This document shows positions 58,000-64,000 of a DNA stretch of 64,000 bases, in pieces (position 1 is the first letter of the stretch; every line of letters begins with the position of its first letter). The position numbers and the translations under genes were made by a program. Under the pieces are notes generated by a model. It was not told the origin of the DNA. It searched no databases and was given only the letters and a program-made list of their open reading frames with translations. Origin of the DNA: Mustelus asterias (taxonomy: Eukaryota); contig NW_027590154.1 of NCBI RefSeq assembly GCF_964213995.1, positions 682,001-746,000 on the forward strand, written 5' to 3'.

Positions 58000-58885
58000 A
58001 CGGAGATAGATAGGAAAGTACGTTGTGAGGAGGATACAAAGAATCTGCAAAGGTAGATAAATAGGTAAGTGAGTAGGAAAAATCTTAGCAGATGGAGTAT
58101 GATATGGGAAAATATAAGGATATTGACTTTAGCAGGAAGAATAGAAAAAAATATATAATCTAAATATAGTGTAGAATGCTGCTGAGGGATCTGGGTGAAC
58201 TTCTAAAAGAATCACAGAAAAGTAACAAGCAGGAACAGCAAGTAGTTAGGAAGGTTTTCTGTAAGGGAGATGGAATATATAAGTAATAAAGTCTTGCTAC
58301 AATTATACAAAGAATTGGTGAAACTGCACCGAGAGTACTGTGTACAGATTTGGTCTCCTTGCTTGAACAGTGATACAGGTGCATTGGAGACAGTTCAGGG
58401 GAGATGCACTAGACTGATTGCTTGGATGAAGGAGTTTGTCTTCTGGGGAAAGTTGAGCAAGTTGGGTCTGTACTCAATGGAATTTAGAAGAATGAGAGGT
58501 GACCTGACTGAAACATGAGATTCTGAGGGATCTTGTCAGGGTGGATGCCGAGAGAATGTTTTGTTTTTGTGAGGAATCTCGAAGCAGGAGTCACACTTTA
58601 AAGATAAGGCTCTCCCATTTCAGGCAGATATCAGGGGAAATTTCTTCTCTGAGGGTCATTCGTCTGTGGAATTTTCTTCCCCAGAGAGCAATGGAGGCTG
58701 TGGGTCATTGAACATATTCAAGGCTGAGTTAGACAGAGTATTAATCAACAAGGAGTCACGGACTCTGGAGCAGCAGGAAAGTGGAGTGAAGGCCACAGTC
58801 AGATCAGCCATGATTCTTATTGAATTGTGGAGCAAGTTTGAGGGGCCAAATGGCCGACACCTGCTCCTAATTCTTGTGATCTGAT
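58000..58885 (+). mobile_element. Degenerate CR1 3' fragment
   Basis: LLQLYKELVKLHREYCVQIWSP...RRMRGDL. Confidence 0.75.
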
Positions 58886-59658
58886 ACCCTCCATCATCTC
58901 GTGTGGCACGGGATAGATTCAGAATAGACATAGATCAAAACTGCACATCCATGAGGTGCTGTGGATCATCAGCAGCTCAATATTCAACCACAATCTGTAA
59001 ACTCATGGCCCGGCATATCCCTCACTCTACCATCACCATCAAGCCAAGGGACCATTCTGGTTCAACATGGAGTGTAGGAGGACATGTCAGGAGCAGCACC
59101 AGGCACCCTAAAGCTGAGATTCCAATCTGGTGACTGGTAACACGGGACTATAAGCACACTAAACAACAGAAGCAGCATGTTCTAGGCAGGACCAAACAAT
59201 CCACAAACAACGGATCAGATCAGAGCTGCAGTCCCCCCACATCCACCCGTGAATGGTGAGGGATAATTAAACAAATCACAGAGAGAGAAAGCTCCACAGA
59301 TATCCCCATCCTCAATGACTGGGGAAACAAGCGGATCAGTGCATTTAACTGTTTTGTCTTTAGTGATCACAGATATGTTATTGATATGTTCCTTGGATTC
59401 CGAGACCAGGAAAGACACTCTGGAAGGGATGGGAGCTGGAACTTGTCCATGAGAGTAACTGAAGGTACGAGAACTGAAATAATTGAGAGTTAGAAAAGAC
59501 AAAGGCCACAAAAAAGCTGCAATTGGTAACAAGACATTGATTAATCTGTTCTTATCCTGAAGAAATGAAGGTCCCCGCTTTGCATCTGAAACAATATTAG
59601 TTAATCTGACATTTATCCAGAGTATTAATCTCCAGCCCAGTTATAGCGATGTTCAGGT

Positions 59659-61600
59659 TCAGTCCTGGATGTCATTACCAGCAGCAATAACAGCAGAATC
59701 TAATCCCTGCAGACACTTGTCAACTTTCTGGTGGGTAAGATGGTGGGTTGACTGAGTGAATCCCATCTCACACTCAGAGAAGGTGAACGGTCTCTCTCCA
59801 TTGTGAGTGTGTTGGTGTCTCAGCAGGTGGGGTGAGTGAGAAAATCCCTTCCCACACTCAGAGCAACTGTACGGTTTCTCCCTGGTGTGAATGTGCTGGT
59901 GTGTTCGCAGGTTGGATGAGCGAGTGAATCCCTTTCTACAGTCGGAGCAGGTGAACAGTCTCTCCCTGGTGCGAACTTGCTGGTGTCTCAGCAGAATACT
60001 GGAGGTCTTAAAGCTCTTCCCACATTCAGAACATTTGAAAGGTTTCTTATCCAAGTGAACAAGTTGGTGTGATCTGAGGCCGGTTAAATAAATGAATCCT
60101 TTTCCACACAAGAAACAATGTGAACTCGCGATGTTTCTGGAGGCTGGATAACAGAGTGAATTCCTTCCCACACATCCTGAATGGCCTCTCCTCGTTGTGA
60201 AATCGCTGGTGTATCAGCAGATCACTTGTGGTTTTATAACTCTTCTCACATTCCGTACATTTGAAAGGTCTGTTATAAATGTGAACCAGTCGATGTGTAG
60301 TGAGGTGGGATGATCGTGTGAATCCCTTCCCTCACACAGAGCAGGTGAACGGCCTCTCCCCAGTGTGAGTGTGTTCGTGTTCAATGAGGTTCTGTGATTG
60401 GTTAAATAACTTCCCACAATGTGAGCAACTGAACTGTCTCGCAATGTGAACAATCTGGTGCTTGACAGGTCCTCAGAGCTTTTAGAATTGTTATCACTGT
60501 CAAGCCTCTCTTCAATGTGGACTTGCTGGTGGGTCAGCACGGGTTAAATCACGGGTAGATAGTTTTCTGATCGATAAGGGAATTAGGGGATATGGGGAGC
60601 AGGCGGGTAAGTGGAACTGATTCGCTTCAGATCTGCCATGATCTTGTTGAATGGCGGGGCAGGCTCGAAGGGCCAGATGGCCTACTCCTGCTCCTATTTC
60701 TTATGTTCTTATGTCAGCAGGTGGGATGATTGAATGAATCCCTTCCCACACACGGAACAGGTGAATGGTCTCTCCCCAATGTGACTGTGGCGATGCATTT
60801 CCAGCAGAGATGGATAATTGAATCCCTTCCCACAGTCCCCACATTTTCAAGTTTGTTACACAGAATGTGGTGGGTGCCTGGAACTCGCTGCCGGGGAGGT
60901 AGTGGAAGCAGATACGATAGTGAGTTTTAAGGGGCGTCTGGAAAAATACATGAATAGGATGGGAATAGAGGGATATGGTCCACGGAAGGGTAGGGGATTT
61001 TAGTTAAGTCGGGCAGCATGGTCGGTGCAGGCTTGGAGGGCCGAAGGGCCTGTTCCTGTGCTGTAGTTTTCTTTGTTCTTTGTTCCATGGTTTCTCCATG
61101 ATGCCAGTATCCTTGTGTCTCTCTTGGTTAAATGATCCGTTCAAGCCTTGTCCACACAAAGAACTTGTGTATCCTTTCTCAGTCAGGGAATCGAGGGTCA
61201 TGGGGATAAGGCAGGAAAGTGGAGCTGAGGATTATATCAGATCAACCATGATCTCATTGAATGGTGGAGCAGACTCGATGGGCCCAATGGCCTAACTCTG
61301 ATTCTAGGTCTTCCCATCCTTTGGCTCGCTGCTGTGAATAGTGTGATGTTTTTTTCAGGCTGTGTAACTGGTTAAAACTGTTTCCACAGTCAGCTCACTG
61401 GAAATTGGGTATATGCTTGTCTCGGCGCTTTTCCAGTCACATTGATGTTTGAAATCTTTCCCCACCATCAGACCTGACAAACATTTCTTCTTCCACATTT
61501 AACGGTCGATGATATTCAGGTTCTGATGAATGGAGTGACTTTTTCAGATTTTGATGTGATGTTTGGTTTCAGTTTCCCATCTGTGTACCTTGTAAGAGAC
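59659..61600 (-). pseudogene. ZNF pseudogene, paralog of 31168-32091, with three CR1 tail insertions
   Basis: Frameshifted fingers; inserts at 60540-60712 (TSD GTCAGCA), ~60847-61082 and ~61181-61325. Confidence 0.85.
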
Positions 61601-62194
61601 ATTGGCAGAGTCAGTATCACTGTCAGTACAGGATAGAAATTCAGAACAAGCATTTTTAGTTTCCATGGAATATTCTTTTCTCTCTTGTTTCCCCAATCTT
61701 GTGGTCCAATCAAACTTCCATTTCAACTGAACCAGAACTTTGTTTCCAGTGTCTATGAGACACTCTGTACCCTGAGTTGTGGAAGATATCAAGTGTTCCA
61801 GTCGACACCGCACACTCCCTCTCCAGAACCATTCGAGCATGGACAAGACCACGGAAGAGCTTGTCCGACAGCCAAGTTACCCCCTGCCAATCTACAAATT
61901 ACTGTTTTAACCAGCCGCAAGAGCAGGTCCAGGAAAAGATCTTCTGACCTCCCTAGCTGCTCCACACTGGGCAGCCAATGAATAGGAGTGTGGGACAAAC
62001 CAGAAGTGTAATTAAAAATGGAGAAGCAGCTCCTTCAAGGACTGCAACCTCTCACACTGAATATAAACATGGCTCATGGACTCCTCCCGGCTGCAAAACA
62101 TCAGCTGCAGCTTGAGACTGGGTGAAAATGTTGGAAAACCTAATTATCTGATGGCTGTATCAGACAGGGCTGTATCAGCCCCCATACTGTGGCG

Positions 62195-62545
62195 TCAAGA
62201 ATACCCCGCCGCATGCGCTCCTCGTTGAACCAAGATGGCGGCCGTCGGCCTGGAATTGGGCCTCGGAGGGGAAAAGATCCGGAGCTGCAAACACGGGAGC
62301 GGCAGAGTCTCAATCGGGGTTTGAGGCACTCACCAGGTGTTTAGAAACTCTCCCTATCCAGAGCCCGCTCGCTCAGAGTTTTCTCTTCCTTCCCCGCTGC
62401 AAAGAGGCAACCCCATCGCCATTACTGACAGTGCGCATGCTCCAAATATGGGGGGGTTAATGCGCCTGTGCGGTGCCTGCCTCTGGTGTGAATAGGGGAC
62501 ATTCAGCACCGCGGGGAATGCTGAGTCAGGACTCTGCCATTGAAA
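62195..62545. promoter_or_regulatory. CpG-rich promoter between ZNFs ~61100(-) and 63741(+)
   Basis: CGCATGCGC (62210), AAGATGGCGGCC (62232), TGCGCATGCTCC (62433); paralogous to 34480-34860. Confidence 0.7.
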
Positions 62546-63740
62546 GTCATTATTAGTAGCTCGTGATATTTTTACTATTGTGTGTAGATTGGGGGGCGGG
62601 GACGGATTCGATAAATTAATTAAAGGAGGAACCAAGTTATACAGAAATCTATGTGCACAGATTTTTCATTATCCATCAGAAAGAAAGGGAGTGGTAATAG
62701 GTGCAGAATTGTAAATGTCCCAAAGTCTTCCACAAGCAGCAGCAATTACAGCGGAATCCAAGAGCTCCAGTCAAATGTAAACTCAGAAAATGGTGTGACT
62801 GAGTGAAGTATTTCACTGAGTAATTGTAGGATTGTATTCTCATGGATATTCCAGGTCATTTCTCAAAATCATTCAATGGAGGTGGGTGTCATTGATTAGA
62901 CCAGCACTTACTTCCCATCCCTAATTGCCCTTGAAAAGTTGTTGGTGAGCTGCCTTCTTGAATCGTGGTGGTCGTGGGTTTTGTTTCATTGCAAGTTTCA
63001 TATAGATTTGCAAAAAAATAAAACTTCTTAGGATGTGGACATTACTCACAAGGCCCAGGTTACTGTCCTGAATTACTATCCTGCACTGACAGTGATATGC
63101 TACCAATCACCAGTTATCCTTTGTGATGGTGATAGTTGGCCTTTTTCTTAAACCTCTGCAGTCCATATAGTAAAGGTGCTCCCACAATGCAACAGTATTA
63201 GGATTTTAACCCAGTCACGTTGAAGGGACAGTGATATTTGTCCAAGTCAGGGAGTTGTGTGGTTTTCCCATGTCCCAGCTGCTCTGGTACTTCCAGGTGG
63301 GGAAGATTGTGGGCTGAGGAGATTCTGCCAAAATGCTGGTTGAGTTGCTGATGTATAAAATCTCTTTCCATCACCCTCCTCCCTGACCTCTTCCTCTTCA
63401 CACATAAAGGCTGGATTTTTATTGTGGGCTCTGAAGGGGTGAAGGGTTCCTTTCCCTCAGTGCACTGGTGAACAGTTTGAAGCTTTATGACAATCCAGCA
63501 GCTTTCATATCCTTTTTCCTATTCCCAATCCCACAATTTACCAGATTCATTCAGCTCAATTTCACATCTTGCCTTTGTGTTATAATGGCTTGTCTCTTAT
63601 GTTTCCCTCTTTCTGTTTTCAATTCATTTTTCAGGGGATTAGAAGGTGAGGAATTACAGACAATTGTAAATCAAGGATTACATCAAGATCAGACAGAGTG
63701 CCTCGATTCATCAGGATCTAAATATCATAGGCCATTAAAC

Positions 63741-64000
63741 ATGGAAGAAAAAAGCACCATTCACAGTGGGGAGAAACCATACACATGTGTGTGGACAAGG
63801 CTTCAAACGATCGTCTGGCCTGTCAAGACACAAGCGCAGTCACATCAGGGAGAGACCGTATAAATGTGGAGACTGTGGGAAAGGATTCAATTTCCCAGTT
63901 GACCTGGAAAATCACCGACGCACTCACACTGGAGAGAGACCTTTTAGCTGCCCTGTGTGTGGGAAGGGATTCACTCAGTCAGCTGGCCTTTTGATACACC
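63741..64000 (+). pseudogene. 5' part of a ZNF with a frameshift in finger 1; runs off the window
   Basis: [16 protein letters not shown] followed by an apparent 5-nt deletion; fingers continue in another frame ([21 protein letters not shown]). Confidence 0.7.

Overview
Eukaryotic, repeat-rich genomic DNA, most likely from a cartilaginous fish (shark); this is inferred from HE1/V-SINE-like and SacSINE1/DeuSINE-like repeats plus abundant CR1, L2, Rex1, RTE and Penelope elements. The window is a C2H2 zinc-finger (ZNF) gene cluster of about 15 loci: four clean ORFs, four arrays with a single visible lesion, and several decayed remnants. None shows a recognisable KRAB/SCAN/BTB domain in its finger exon. 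The genes are arranged as repeated head-to-head pairs around CpG-rich promoters that carry NRF1, YY1, GC-box and CCAAT motifs. Notable items: (1) a 1.55-kb polyadenylated retrocopy of an unrecognised repeat-containing gene, inserted antisense with an 11-bp TSD into a ZNF array that it truncates; (2) a family-wide module after the last finger that is translated as LDSAVIAAVNHIQD in some paralogs and lies behind the stop in others; (3) a shared 5' leader made of decayed fingers; (4) a 28-bp minisatellite of CRE palindromes beside a promoter; (5) a minimal hammerhead ribozyme motif in a Penelope terminal repeat; (6) an apparently intact two-ORF CR1. Family names come from recognition of motifs and translations only; no database searches were run, and repeat boundaries are approximate unless a TSD is quoted.
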